The notes under the pieces: model-generated
Databases searched by the model: none
What the model saw: only the letters and a program-made list of their open reading frames with translations
Told to the model about the DNA's origin: nothing
Assembly (NCBI RefSeq): GCF_032576335.1
Contig: NZ_JAWFXC010000013.1
Coordinates: 1,032 to 65,031 of the forward strand
DNA length: 64,000 bases
Reading direction: 5' to 3'
Origin: Clostridium sp.
GTDB lineage: Bacteria; Bacillota; Clostridia; Oscillospirales; Acutalibacteraceae
Position numbers and translations under genes: made by a program
Shown here: positions 50,555 through 59,848 of the stretch, in pieces
Position numbering within the stretch: position 1 is the stretch's first letter
Layout of the letters: each line of letters begins with the position of its first letter

Positions 50555-51643
50555 TTATTCTTCCTCTATTACTTCTGCTTTTTCAGCAGCTGCCGGCTCT
50601 TCGCCAAAAAAACCACTTTCGGGCTTAATGTCAATCTTCCAGCCAGTTAGCTTTGCGGCAAGGCGGGCGTTTTGACCCTTGTTGCCAATGGCAAGCGAAA
50701 GCTGGCTATCCGGCACAGTGACTCGGCATACGCGAGAGCCATCCTCTGCCACCTGAACAGAAACAACGTCTGCCGGAGAAAGGGCGGAAGCAATAAATTG
50801 AGCGGGGTCTTCACTGTACTCCACAATATCAATTTTCTCGCCGCCAAGCTCATTGACGATATTCGAAACACGGGCGCCTCTGGCACCAATGCACGCGCCA
50901 ACCGCGTCAACGTCTGCGTTGTGGCTTTGCACCGCAAGCTTTGTGCGGGAACCTGCTTCGCGGGAAACGGCTTTAATTTCAACTACGCCGTCATAAATTT
51001 CAGGCACTTCGGTTTCAAAAAGGCGTTTCACCAAGTCGGGGTGCGTACGGCTAATCATAGCACGGGGGCCTTTTTCTGTCTCTTTTACATCCACTACATA
51101 AACCTTTATATGGTCACCCTCACGCAGCTGCTCGTCGCCAACCTGCTCACTTTTGGGCAGCACGGCTTCCGCCTTGCCAATTTTAAGGGTAGCCGCTCCC
51201 GAACGGGGGTCTACACGCTCAACCAATGCGCTTACCAGCTCCTGATTTTTACTCTGGAACTCCTGCATCATTTGCCCGCGCTCGCCGTCGCGAATGCCCT
51301 GGCGAATGATATTTCTAGCAGTTTGTGCAGCGATTCTGCCAAACTCCTTGGTATTGAGCGCTACGTTGACCTTATCTTCCATACCTGCAGAGGGGTCGAT
51401 TTCTCTAGCCTGCGCCAGCGAAATTTCTTTGCCCGGGTCTTCCACCTGCTCTACAACGATTTTACGCAGGAACACTTCAAAATTGCCGCGGGCGGCATCC
51501 ATGTTGATGAGCGCATCCTCGTTACCGTAGCTGTTCTTACAGGCGGTTAAAATCGCTTTCTTGATTTTATCCAGCATAAAATCGACCGGGATGCCACGTT
51601 CCTTTTCCAACAAATTCAAAGCCTCAAAAACTTCGCTGTTCAT
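50555..51643 (-). CDS. nusA: Transcription factor NusA
   Basis: FGRIAAQTA, REAGSRTK and SLAIGNKGQNARLAAKLTGW motifs. Confidence 0.98.
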   Translation of the reverse strand: MNSEVFEALNLLEKERGIPVDFMLDKIKKAILTACKNSYGNEDALINMDAARGNFEVFLRKIVVEQVEDPGKEISLAQAREIDPSAGMEDKVNVALNTKEFGRIAAQTARNIIRQGIRDGERGQMMQEFQSKNQELVSALVERVDPRSGAATLKIGKAEAVLPKSEQVGDEQLREGDHIKVYVVDVKETEKGPRAMISRTHPDLVKRLFETEVPEIYDGVVEIKAVSREAGSRTKLAVQSHNADVDAVGACIGARGARVSNIVNELGGEKIDIVEYSEDPAQFIASALSPADVVSVQVAEDGSRVCRVTVPDSQLSLAIGNKGQNARLAAKLTGWKIDIKPESGFFGEEPAAAEKAEVIEEE

Positions 51644-51649
51644 CTAACC

Positions 51650-52141
51650 TTACTCCTCTTCAAAATCGTCATCCAACAGGCGCACCGAGACGCTGTCTTT
51701 CTGGGCTATGGTCAATACTTCTTCCTCATCAACTTGCAGGCGGATTTCTCCATCTGCCAAAGAGAGCAGCTCCCCGTTAAGCTCCCGGCGGCCGTCCGGC
51801 AGCGGGCGAATCAATTTAACCCGCACCGGCGAGCCGGTAAAACGCTCAAAATGCTCCGGGCGGGTCAATTCTCTGTTAATTCCCGGAGAACAAACCTCCA
51901 GGCAATAGCTTTGCTCAATTAAGTCTTCTTCATCCAGCAGGGTGTTCAGCTCACGGCTGACCATTACGCAGTCATCCATACTAATACCCTCGGGTTTGTC
52001 GAGAAATACGCGCAAAAACCAATCTGCTCCCTCTTTTACAAAGCGAACATCCCAAATTGTAACGCCTGTGCCGCTTGCGGCCTTCTCTGCCAAAGCCCAA
52101 ACAGCAGATACGGTATTCCCTGATTTTTTCTTTGCAGCCAA
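51650..52141 (-). CDS. rimP: Ribosome maturation factor RimP
   Basis: LRVFLDK..GI..DDC and YCLEVCSPG..R.L motifs; TTG start after GAGGTG. Confidence 0.95.
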   Translation of the reverse strand: MAAKKKSGNTVSAVWALAEKAASGTGVTIWDVRFVKEGADWFLRVFLDKPEGISMDDCVMVSRELNTLLDEEDLIEQSYCLEVCSPGINRELTRPEHFERFTGSPVRVKLIRPLPDGRRELNGELLSLADGEIRLQVDEEEVLTIAQKDSVSVRLLDDDFEEE

Positions 52142-52163
52142 CGCTTTCACCTCATAGACAAAC

Positions 52164-52188
52164 AAAAGAGCGGGTCACCCCACTCTTT
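52164..52188 (-). promoter_or_regulatory. rimP leader hairpin
   Basis: AAAGAGTGGG-gtga-CCCGCTCTTTT, the hairpin typically found upstream of rimP/ylxS. Confidence 0.55.
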
Positions 52189-52251
52189 CATCCTCACCGT
52201 TATTTACTCAAATTAGTATAGCATAATACTTTTTAAAATGCAACTTTAATT

Positions 52252-52791
52252 TCAGTTTTCAATCTGCCGCGCCAGAAACGAAGCCGCGGCCTGCGTGAGC
52301 TTAATATCGCTTGCATCGGGCTGTTCGGAGGAATCCCCCGCGAGCAGTACAACCGCTCCCATAACGTCGCTTGATGCAATGATGGGGTACACCACCGACG
52401 CCGCACGGTTAATTCCTTCAACCGGCTGTAACGGGGGGCTGTTCTGGTCACGCACATACGTGTGGCGAGCGTGCATGGTTTCTTCCAAATCCTGCGAAAC
52501 ACGGCGTTCCATATACTCTTTACGGGATGCACCCGCTACTGCGATCACATGGTCACAGTCACACACTAGAGCCGGTCGATTTGCTATTTTACTCAGAACA
52601 TCTGCGTACTGTGCTGCAAAAGCAGACATCTCCCCAACTGCTGAATACTTCTTAAAAATAACGCCACCCTCAGCATCCGTAAAAATCTCAAGAGGATCGC
52701 CCTCGCGGATTCTCAGAGTACGGCGGATTTCTTTCGGAATTACGACACGACCCAGATCATCAATTCTTCTGACAATTCCTGTTGCCTTCAA
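52252..52791 (-). CDS. spoVT: Stage V sporulation protein T
   Basis: KATGIVRRIDDLGRVVIPKEIRRTLRIREGDPLEIF AbrB domain plus GAF-like C-terminus. Confidence 0.96.
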   Translation of the reverse strand: MKATGIVRRIDDLGRVVIPKEIRRTLRIREGDPLEIFTDAEGGVIFKKYSAVGEMSAFAAQYADVLSKIANRPALVCDCDHVIAVAGASRKEYMERRVSQDLEETMHARHTYVRDQNSPPLQPVEGINRAASVVYPIIASSDVMGAVVLLAGDSSEQPDASDIKLTQAAASFLARQIEN

Positions 52792-52824
52792 GATAATACT
52801 CCCTCCTGCGTTTTGATTTGTAAT

Positions 52825-52853
52825 TATTATCCGCACTCTCTTTTCTGTTATTC
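52825..52853 (-). promoter_or_regulatory. Putative forespore sigG/sigF promoter of spoVT
   Basis: GAATA-17 bp-GATAATA on the minus strand. Confidence 0.5.
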
Positions 52854-53042
52854 ATGCGGTTACCAATTCCGCCAAGGAATTCCTATGGAGGATTTTAACA
52901 ATTGAATCAGAGGAATGCGCTGTTCTTTTGCCCCATTTTGGTGTATAATATACGCCATAAAGACGTGTATCGTCGCAAATAAATTTTCACATAATTCGTC
53001 GCACTTGAAAAAAATTTACCCAATACACAGGAGGAACTCCCG

Positions 53043-53492
53043 TTGAAACAAAGATTTTTTCTTTCATCTGCATTGCTGGTGCTTGTGCTGGCATTGGCTA
53101 TGACCAGCTGCTCTGCACGCACCGCCGTAGACGCAAACGATTTTAAAACCATGGCCGAAGGGGCTGGCTACACCGTAACTGACAATACCGCACAGCTCAA
53201 CGGTGCAAAAAGCTACATGAGTGCAACCGATAAAAGCGGTAATGAGCTGTATTACGCCGCTCTTGCAGACGACAGTGTTGCTCTGCGGATGTACAATTCA
53301 TTAAAAGATGGAATTCAGACCGGCGGCAACAAGCCCACAAATTTAGACTCCACCCCATACGCAAAGTATACGGTAACAAACGGTGAGCTTTATTACCGGG
53401 TAAGCCGAGTAAACAATACCGTGATTTACGGCAAGTGCCTTACCTCTGACCAAGCGGTACTCGACAAAATGCTGGATTCGATTCACTACTAA
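53043..53492 (+). CDS. Hypothetical lipoprotein
   Basis: AGGAGG RBS, signal peptide with lipobox MTSC. Confidence 0.8.
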   Translation: MKQRFFLSSALLVLVLALAMTSCSARTAVDANDFKTMAEGAGYTVTDNTAQLNGAKSYMSATDKSGNELYYAALADDSVALRMYNSLKDGIQTGGNKPTNLDSTPYAKYTVTNGELYYRVSRVNNTVIYGKCLTSDQAVLDKMLDSIHY

Positions 53493-53516
53493 ATTATTGC
53501 TTTAGGGAGTGTCTAC

Positions 53517-54434
53517 ATGAAAAAGGTTTTGGTTTTAACGCGTTTATCCGATTCGCAAAAAGAGCGCCTGGAACAAAGCATTCCCGGTACGGCAATTACT
53601 TATGCCACCTTTAAGACGGTAAGTGAGGAACAGCTTTATGAGGCTGAGATTATTTTTGGCAACCCGCCGCCCGAAAAGCTGGCCAAGCTGCCGAATTTGC
53701 GCCTGCTGCAATTGAGAACCGCAGGCAGTGATAAATACGATGCCGATGGCATTCTACCGCCCAACTGTAACATGATTAGCGCGAGCGGCGCTTATGGAGT
53801 TGCCGTTTCAGAGCACATGCTTGCTCTCACGCTTGCGTTTTGTAAAAAACTGCACCTCTACCGCGACAATCAGCAGCAATCCTTGTGGAAGGATGAAGGC
53901 GAGGTGCGATCGCTCTCCTCCATGAAGGTTTTGGTAATTGGCGCAGGAGACATTGGTACCCATTATGCCCGATTATGCAAAGCGCTTGGCTCTTATACCA
54001 TTGGTGTGAAGCGCTCCGGCGGTTCGCCAGACGAAGCTTTTGATGAAATGCACACACTTGATGAGCTGGAACAGCTTCTCCCCAAAGCGGATGCAGTGGC
54101 AATGGCATTACCGTATACAAAAGAGACGCATCATTTTATGGACAAGCACCGGCTGGGGCTGATGAAGCCGGGTGCGTTACTGATTAACGGAGGTCGTGGT
54201 AAGTCCGTGAATCAAGAAGATGTGCTGGCCGCTTTGCATAGCGGGCACCTTGGCGGTTTTGTGACCGACGTTTGTGACCCCGAACCTCTGCCGGCAAGCG
54301 ACCCTTTGTGGCAGGAGAAAAATGTGATTTTAACACCACACATTGCAGGGCTGTTTCACTTGCCCAAAACGCTGGATCTGGTTTTAGAGCTAGGCGCTCG
54401 GAATATAAAACGCTTCTTAGAAGAAAACCTTTAA
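53517..54434 (+). CDS. D-2-hydroxyacid dehydrogenase family protein
   Basis: GAGDIG Rossmann motif, NGGRG, DVCDPEPL and TPHIAG motifs. Confidence 0.93.
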   Translation: MKKVLVLTRLSDSQKERLEQSIPGTAITYATFKTVSEEQLYEAEIIFGNPPPEKLAKLPNLRLLQLRTAGSDKYDADGILPPNCNMISASGAYGVAVSEHMLALTLAFCKKLHLYRDNQQQSLWKDEGEVRSLSSMKVLVIGAGDIGTHYARLCKALGSYTIGVKRSGGSPDEAFDEMHTLDELEQLLPKADAVAMALPYTKETHHFMDKHRLGLMKPGALLINGGRGKSVNQEDVLAALHSGHLGGFVTDVCDPEPLPASDPLWQEKNVILTPHIAGLFHLPKTLDLVLELGARNIKRFLEENL

Positions 54435-54453
54435 TTATTTTATAGGAATACGT

Positions 54454-54489
54454 AAAATCCCCTGCTCTTTTTGAGAGTGGGGATTTTTT
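54454..54489. terminator. Intrinsic terminator
   Basis: AAAATCCCC.GCTCT...AGAGTGGGGATTTTTT. Confidence 0.7.
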
Positions 54490-54638
54490 ATTTGAAGATT
54501 TTAAGAGAGTTTTCAACAAGTTGTTAACTTTCTGTTGAAAACCAAATTTATTCTTATTCTTTATTTAATTGAAAATCATTTTTGGAGCGCTCTCTTTAAC
54601 TCGCAGAAAGATGTTCGGTAGCTAGGTACTTCTTTTAT

Positions 54639-55409
54639 TTACGAGCGGCAAAGCAAAACCTTACGTGCAATCTGCAACGCACAGGCTTGTTTCCTGTGCG
54701 GAAAACAGATGCAGAGCGGGAGCTCACCCGGATTCCAAAGGCAGAGCCTTTGGTCGTTGAGAGGGAATCCAAAGGGAGAGAATCGATACTCTCCCTTTGG
54801 AAGGCCTTTGCCTACTTTCACCCTTTCCTTCCCTCCTGCAAAACCAAACATCGCAAGCGATAAAATACCTACATACAAAAACACCGATGGCAAACCTTGA
54901 AACGCTTTTGGCATATCGGGATTTTTCAACCGCTCCATCGCATGAGATAAAACCAACGCCGCCAAAAAGAACGCCACACCTGATCCAATTGCGTAACCGG
55001 TAATCTGCCATTCATTCATACGAAATACTCTTTGAATAAAGGGCATCGACAAAACCAGGCAATTAATAGCGGAGGATGAAAACACAGGCTCCAACCTTTT
55101 ATAACGTGCCGCAAAAAATACGCGGTATATAAGAGCCACAAGCAAATACAAAACCGCAACACACGCTGCAAAAACAGCTGGGCGGTAAAAAGCAATGGGG
55201 CTCATTCCGGGAATCAACTTATTGATTCCGATTCCAAGCCATGCAGAAAGAAGCGTAAACAAGCTCAATAGGCCTGCATAAGAAAGCAAAATTTTAGGTC
55301 TGCGTGCCGCACGCAGTACGCGGCTAAAGCCAATTCCCCCACAGAAAATCACATTCTGCGCGGTAATCGCCAAAACTGCAAAAAGAAATAACTGTGCTGC
55401 CATTTCCAT
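54639..55409 (-). CDS. Divergent RnfA/NqrE-like membrane protein with C-terminal extension
   Basis: QNVIF, INCLVL, GSGVAF and P.AFQGLP...GILSLAMFGFAG match the RnfA layout. Confidence 0.8.
   Translation of the reverse strand: MEMAAQLFLFAVLAITAQNVIFCGGIGFSRVLRAARRPKILLSYAGLLSLFTLLSAWLGIGINKLIPGMSPIAFYRPAVFAACVAVLYLLVALIYRVFFAARYKRLEPVFSSSAINCLVLSMPFIQRVFRMNEWQITGYAIGSGVAFFLAALVLSHAMERLKNPDMPKAFQGLPSVFLYVGILSLAMFGFAGGKERVKVGKGLPKGEYRFSPFGFPLNDQRLCLWNPGELPLCICFPHRKQACALQIARKVLLCRS
54735..54801. repeat. Twin CCAAAGG/CCTTTGG palindromes (REP-like)
   Basis: CCAAAGGC-aga-GCCTTTGG and TCCAAAGGGAGAG-aatcgata-CTCTCCCTTTGGA. Confidence 0.6.
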
Positions 55410-56107
55410 TACTGCTTCGCCTTCCTTTCTGCCGCCAAGCGTTTCGCATTCATGTGCTGAATCAGAGCCGCAATCATACCAAGCAGTAAGAACCCAACCA
55501 GCGGGTATGCCCCCGCATGGTACACGCCGCCCGTTTTTGCAACGAGTTTATCCCAAATCTCACGGAATGCGGCAACCAAAAATAGTACGGCGGAAAAGCC
55601 AGCCGTACAGCCGAAAGAATCCATTAACACTGCTAACGAAATATGCGTTGGAGCATAGTCATTCGCACGAGAAAGCACAATGGAGTTGCCAATCATCAAA
55701 ATCGCATATAGCCCCAGAGCAGATACGGCTTGCGGTAATAGCCATTTGGTAAGATAAGCTGCAGGAATATACAGAATACCAGAAAGAATCAAAACCAAGG
55801 CGGGACGTATCCACACCGGTATTTTGAGCCACCCGCTAATCAGGCAGACTGGCAGCATCATTACCAACATCATGAGAGAGAGCACGGCCGCATTCTCCAT
55901 GCTATACCCTGCTCCAACTACGGGGAAGAGACCCAACGCACCAAGCGCAACCGGGTTACGATACACGAAACCATTCAGAAAAATACCGATGCTTTCTTTC
56001 ACCAACCGCTGCTGCATTGTTTTTTTTGAGCCCCGCGAAGCACTTTTGCGGCTTCCCTTTTCCATAATCTGCGGCTGTGCCTTGGTCCTCTTTTTATTGC
56101 TGCTCAC
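55409..56107 (-). CDS. Divergent RnfE/NqrD-like membrane protein
   Basis: NPVALGALGLFP, IP..IR, LGLY..L..GNSIVLSRA and GFS...FREI match the RnfE layout. Confidence 0.82.
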   Translation of the reverse strand: MSSNKKRTKAQPQIMEKGSRKSASRGSKKTMQQRLVKESIGIFLNGFVYRNPVALGALGLFPVVGAGYSMENAAVLSLMMLVMMLPVCLISGWLKIPVWIRPALVLILSGILYIPAAYLTKWLLPQAVSALGLYAILMIGNSIVLSRANDYAPTHISLAVLMDSFGCTAGFSAVLFLVAAFREIWDKLVAKTGGVYHAGAYPLVGFLLLGMIAALIQHMNAKRLAAERKAKQ

Positions 56108-57026
56108 TACGCCTTGCCTCCCTTCTCGTTAGAATGGCAATCACAAAGCTGTCAATGACAGGAGAAATCGCGTTCATAAGCAGCACCGCAAAGCATGCCG
56201 CCTGCTCAAAGGCGCCATAACGGCGCATCAGCATAATCAGCACGCCGGCAACAGCACCATAAATTGCCTTGCCCACCTGTGTGCGGGGTGATGTTACAGG
56301 ATCCGTTATTAAAAACACCGCGCAGAACAGTAACGAACCGGATAGCATTTCATATTTTAATGAAGTAAGGGGCGTTACCATGATGCGTGGGAAAAGCAGT
56401 GACATTAGCCCTGCGGCTGCCAAAAAGCAAACGGTAATTCTCCAATTTACGGTTCTCTTCACGATTAAATAGACTGCACAAGCGGCAATTACCAACACGG
56501 CGGTGGTGCCAATGGCGCCGCTTGTATTGCCCCATAGCATTTCAGAAGGAATTTGAAAGGGCTTTAGCCCCTCCTTTAGTACAGACGAAGCTGACTGCTC
56601 TAAATAGGAAAAGACCTTCTGCGGCCAAAAGACGGTAACAAACGCTACACCCGCTGCCGCCGGATTAAATGGGTTATTCCCGGTAAACCCAAACGGCACA
56701 CGGGCAACCAGAACTGCAAAAGCTGCCGCTGCCATGGGCAACCACAAAGGTGCATTCGGTGGCATAAGCATTGCAATGATTAATCCGGTTACCGCGGAAG
56801 ATAACTCCGATATATTTACCTGTCGCTTGGCGACCATACAGGCAGCTACCTCACAAACAAAGCAAGAGGCCACGGATACGAAGGCAATGAGCAGCACTTG
56901 CGTGCCATAGTGAACCGTAGGCAAAGGCAAAAGGAGTGCCAGCGCCAACAGCATGTCCTTCATCATGCTAGACACCGTTTGGCCACTGCGGAGAAACGGC
57001 GGTTTTTGTATTATAAGCTGCTGCAT
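56094..57026 (-). CDS. Divergent RnfD/NqrB-like membrane protein
   Basis: PPFLR, SSAVTGL, GNNPFNPAA, GAIGTT, TDPVTSP and FAVLLMN motifs. Confidence 0.88.
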   Translation of the reverse strand: MQQLIIQKPPFLRSGQTVSSMMKDMLLALALLLPLPTVHYGTQVLLIAFVSVASCFVCEVAACMVAKRQVNISELSSAVTGLIIAMLMPPNAPLWLPMAAAAFAVLVARVPFGFTGNNPFNPAAAGVAFVTVFWPQKVFSYLEQSASSVLKEGLKPFQIPSEMLWGNTSGAIGTTAVLVIAACAVYLIVKRTVNWRITVCFLAAAGLMSLLFPRIMVTPLTSLKYEMLSGSLLFCAVFLITDPVTSPRTQVGKAIYGAVAGVLIMLMRRYGAFEQAACFAVLLMNAISPVIDSFVIAILTRREARRSEQQ

Positions 57027-57033
57027 TCGGCGC

Positions 57034-58272
57034 TTATCCCCTTTCTTTGATTTCCATTGCACGGGCTACCGCCTCGGCAAGCTCCAGCCCGGATGGACAC
57101 ACAACAGAGCAAGCGTTGCAGCCAACGCAATGCTCGGCTCGCAAAAGCTGCTTTGCATCGGGGAACTCCTGCCCCTTTAAACGGCGGTATATATCCCAAG
57201 GCATTATTCCAACCGGGCAGGCAGCTTCGCACTTGCCGCACCCAATACAAGGGAACACCTTAACGGTTTGCTTTGCTTCCGGCAATACAATCAGGCAGCG
57301 CAAATCCGCTGTAACCGGCGCAGAAAGCTCCTCAACCCGGTTTCCGGTAATGGGAGAACCAGCAATTACTGCCGTACGTTTCTTACGCCCACAGGCAGTG
57401 AGCAGCTCCCCAATCGGCATACCGAGCGGTACCCGCAGGTTCTGCCAGCGAGATACGCCCTCCCCTGCAACGGTGATAACCGTGGTTGTTTGGGGAATTC
57501 CCCGCTCTGCCGCTTGTGAAAACGCCTCGAGAGCCTGCACCCCGATTAACCCCGGGTGAAAGCCCTGCTTTCGCAATCTCTTTATTAAACCCGGCTGTGC
57601 CGGGTAACGCCCGCCGCTGCCTACCAGAAGATCTGCAATATGGCCAGACACATGCGAGTAGCTGCGCGCCCGCAAATCGCTAACAACCGCAACGCCGGTT
57701 TTCTTTGCGCCAACAGCAAGTGCTGCGATCTCCAGCCCTCTTTGTACCCCCTGCGGGTTCTCTCGCAGGACAGCCAAACCGCTGCAAACATAAGGCTCGT
57801 CATCCAGCACATTTGCACCAAGCCAATCAATTTTCATTCTTCTGAGGCGTTTTAGCTTCTTAAACAAGGGTATCCCATCATATTCATCAATAATCCCTGC
57901 AACCGCCGCAAGGTGAATTAACCCCTCCGGTGTACTCTCCATTTCTGGAGCACGCAGGGTTAGCTCCTGTTCCTCACCGTCCTGCTCAATCACCGCACAG
58001 TCTACGGTACCCCGTACCGGGTGGGAAAAGGTTTGAAAACCGGTAACCGTGCCGCTCACCGGTGAGGTAACTGCAACATGACTGCCCGGCATGGAAAGCT
58101 GCGAAAAGCGCAGTACCGTCTCTTGTACTCGCACACAGCGGTCTGAGATTGCCTGAGCACCCGGCAAGGGCACATAGAGTACCTTTGGCGCCGGCAGCAC
58201 TAAAATCTTCGCTTTCATGGTACGACTTTTTTGTTGTTCCAGACGAATTCCGGAGGAAAAAAACGAAATCAT
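57034..58272 (-). CDS. Divergent RnfC-like protein (SLBB plus two [4Fe-4S] motifs)
   Basis: SPVSGTV, EPY, ITVAGEGV...NLRVPLG, CIGCGKCEAACP and CVGCNACSVVCP motifs. Confidence 0.85.
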   Translation of the reverse strand: MISFFSSGIRLEQQKSRTMKAKILVLPAPKVLYVPLPGAQAISDRCVRVQETVLRFSQLSMPGSHVAVTSPVSGTVTGFQTFSHPVRGTVDCAVIEQDGEEQELTLRAPEMESTPEGLIHLAAVAGIIDEYDGIPLFKKLKRLRRMKIDWLGANVLDDEPYVCSGLAVLRENPQGVQRGLEIAALAVGAKKTGVAVVSDLRARSYSHVSGHIADLLVGSGGRYPAQPGLIKRLRKQGFHPGLIGVQALEAFSQAAERGIPQTTTVITVAGEGVSRWQNLRVPLGMPIGELLTACGRKKRTAVIAGSPITGNRVEELSAPVTADLRCLIVLPEAKQTVKVFPCIGCGKCEAACPVGIMPWDIYRRLKGQEFPDAKQLLRAEHCVGCNACSVVCPSGLELAEAVARAMEIKERG

Positions 58273-58349
58273 TGAAATCACCTCTTACAAAATACCGGGG
58301 CCGTTAATATTATAGTAGTGAAGCTCTAAATGTGATTGGGGGTGTTCGA

Positions 58350-58922
58350 TTGAAGACAAAAGCCCTGGATGCTTCTCACCTGCTGATCATCCTAACCGCA
58401 CGGGAAACCCGAGCCTTGGGGCTAATGCAGGGACTAAGCTGGAACAGCCTGCACTGCCGTTTAACAATAGCCCGTATTTTCGCTGCGGCTTGTGCCAGTA
58501 CCAACTTCACACTAAAAAGAGATCAGGTGGCGATTCGTGCAATGGCAACCGCAGACGGCGAAACCGTGCTGATGTTTACCGCGGTATCCCCAGCGAAAGC
58601 AAAGAAAGGAGAACCGCGTAAAATTTACCGGATTAAATGCTCCGGGCCCTATGTGTATGAACTGGAAAACGCCGGAGATCTTCTGGATGTTCTGGAGCAC
58701 CTATACCGAATTAACACCCTTGGTGGGTGCCAGCTCTTGCGGTATGGGAGCAACTACCGGCTAATCCTATCCCCGTATTTTGCAATGAAAGAAAAAACAG
58801 AAGCATTTTTAAAAGAATATGCTCGACTGCGCGGCATTGGGAAAACTGCCGCTGCATTGTGTATGGAACACGGTGAGCTTCTCTCACGCGATGCAGTAAA
58901 TCAGGTTGGGGGCTGCCTTTAG
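58350..58922 (+). CDS. MecA-like adaptor protein (putative)
   Basis: N-terminal LLIILT..E pattern; C-terminal DLL...L.RY...Y.L...L.EY.......EHG.L...A resembles MecA. Confidence 0.55.
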   Translation: MKTKALDASHLLIILTARETRALGLMQGLSWNSLHCRLTIARIFAAACASTNFTLKRDQVAIRAMATADGETVLMFTAVSPAKAKKGEPRKIYRIKCSGPYVYELENAGDLLDVLEHLYRINTLGGCQLLRYGSNYRLILSPYFAMKEKTEAFLKEYARLRGIGKTAAALCMEHGELLSRDAVNQVGGCL

Positions 58923-59557
58923 CAACCGGCAGACTGCAGCTGCCGGATTGCCTGCGCAGGGTCAGTCGCTTTAAACACGCCTGTACCCGCTACGCAAATA
59001 TCTACGCCCGCCTGGGCACAATCCAATACCGTTTGGGCATTGATCCCTCCGTCTGCTTCAATTAAGACGGAGGGATTTTTCTCTTTTAACTGCCGTGCCT
59101 TTAAAAGCGGCTCCGGCATAAAACTCTGCCCACCAAAACCGGGTTCCACCGTCATTAGCAGCACCATGTATAGCTTGTCCAGGTATGGGAAAATCGACTC
59201 AGCCGGTGTATTCGGCTTTAACACCATAGCGGGCTTTACGCCATGAGATACAATCTCTGCGATTACTTCTGCAGGGTCATCTGCACATTCCACATGGAAC
59301 GATATAATATCTGCCCCAGCTTTTGCAAAATCGGCTATGTAGCGTTTGGGGTGCTGTATCATGAGGTGAACATCAAACAGCATTGACGTATGAGGGCGCA
59401 TGGCGGCAATTACCGGCGCACCAAAGGATATATTTGGCACAAATGCACCGTCCATTACATCCAAATGAACGTAATCGGCTCCGCCATCCGTTATTTTTTT
59501 TAGTTCGTCCGCTAAATGGGAAAAATCGGATGCTAACATTGAGGGGGCTACTAACAT
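58919..59557 (-). CDS. rpe: Ribulose-phosphate 3-epimerase
   Basis: APSMLASDF, HLDVMDG.FVPN, MTVEPGFGGQ and DGGIN motifs. Confidence 0.97.
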   Translation of the reverse strand: MLVAPSMLASDFSHLADELKKITDGGADYVHLDVMDGAFVPNISFGAPVIAAMRPHTSMLFDVHLMIQHPKRYIADFAKAGADIISFHVECADDPAEVIAEIVSHGVKPAMVLKPNTPAESIFPYLDKLYMVLLMTVEPGFGGQSFMPEPLLKARQLKEKNPSVLIEADGGINAQTVLDCAQAGVDICVAGTGVFKATDPAQAIRQLQSAGC

Positions 59558-59848
59558 GGTGAGAACTCCTTCCTGCGCAAGCGCAGCGGCTGTTTTGAGG
59601 GCAAATTCGCCCATTGGGAACTGCGGCATCCCATTATTTTCACAAGGGGCGCCGCTTCCCATTTCAATCTGTTCTATTTTACCCCAATTTGCACCCTTTT
59701 TCAAGCACAGTGTCATCCCTCAAAACACGTCCAAAAAGAAAATGCCCGCCACAGCCGAAACGACTGAGGCAGGCAATCTATTTGAAGCGGTACTCAATCT
59801 CGCCCGCATTCCATACTATGCGCATAATCACACGAACGCCACTGCTTT

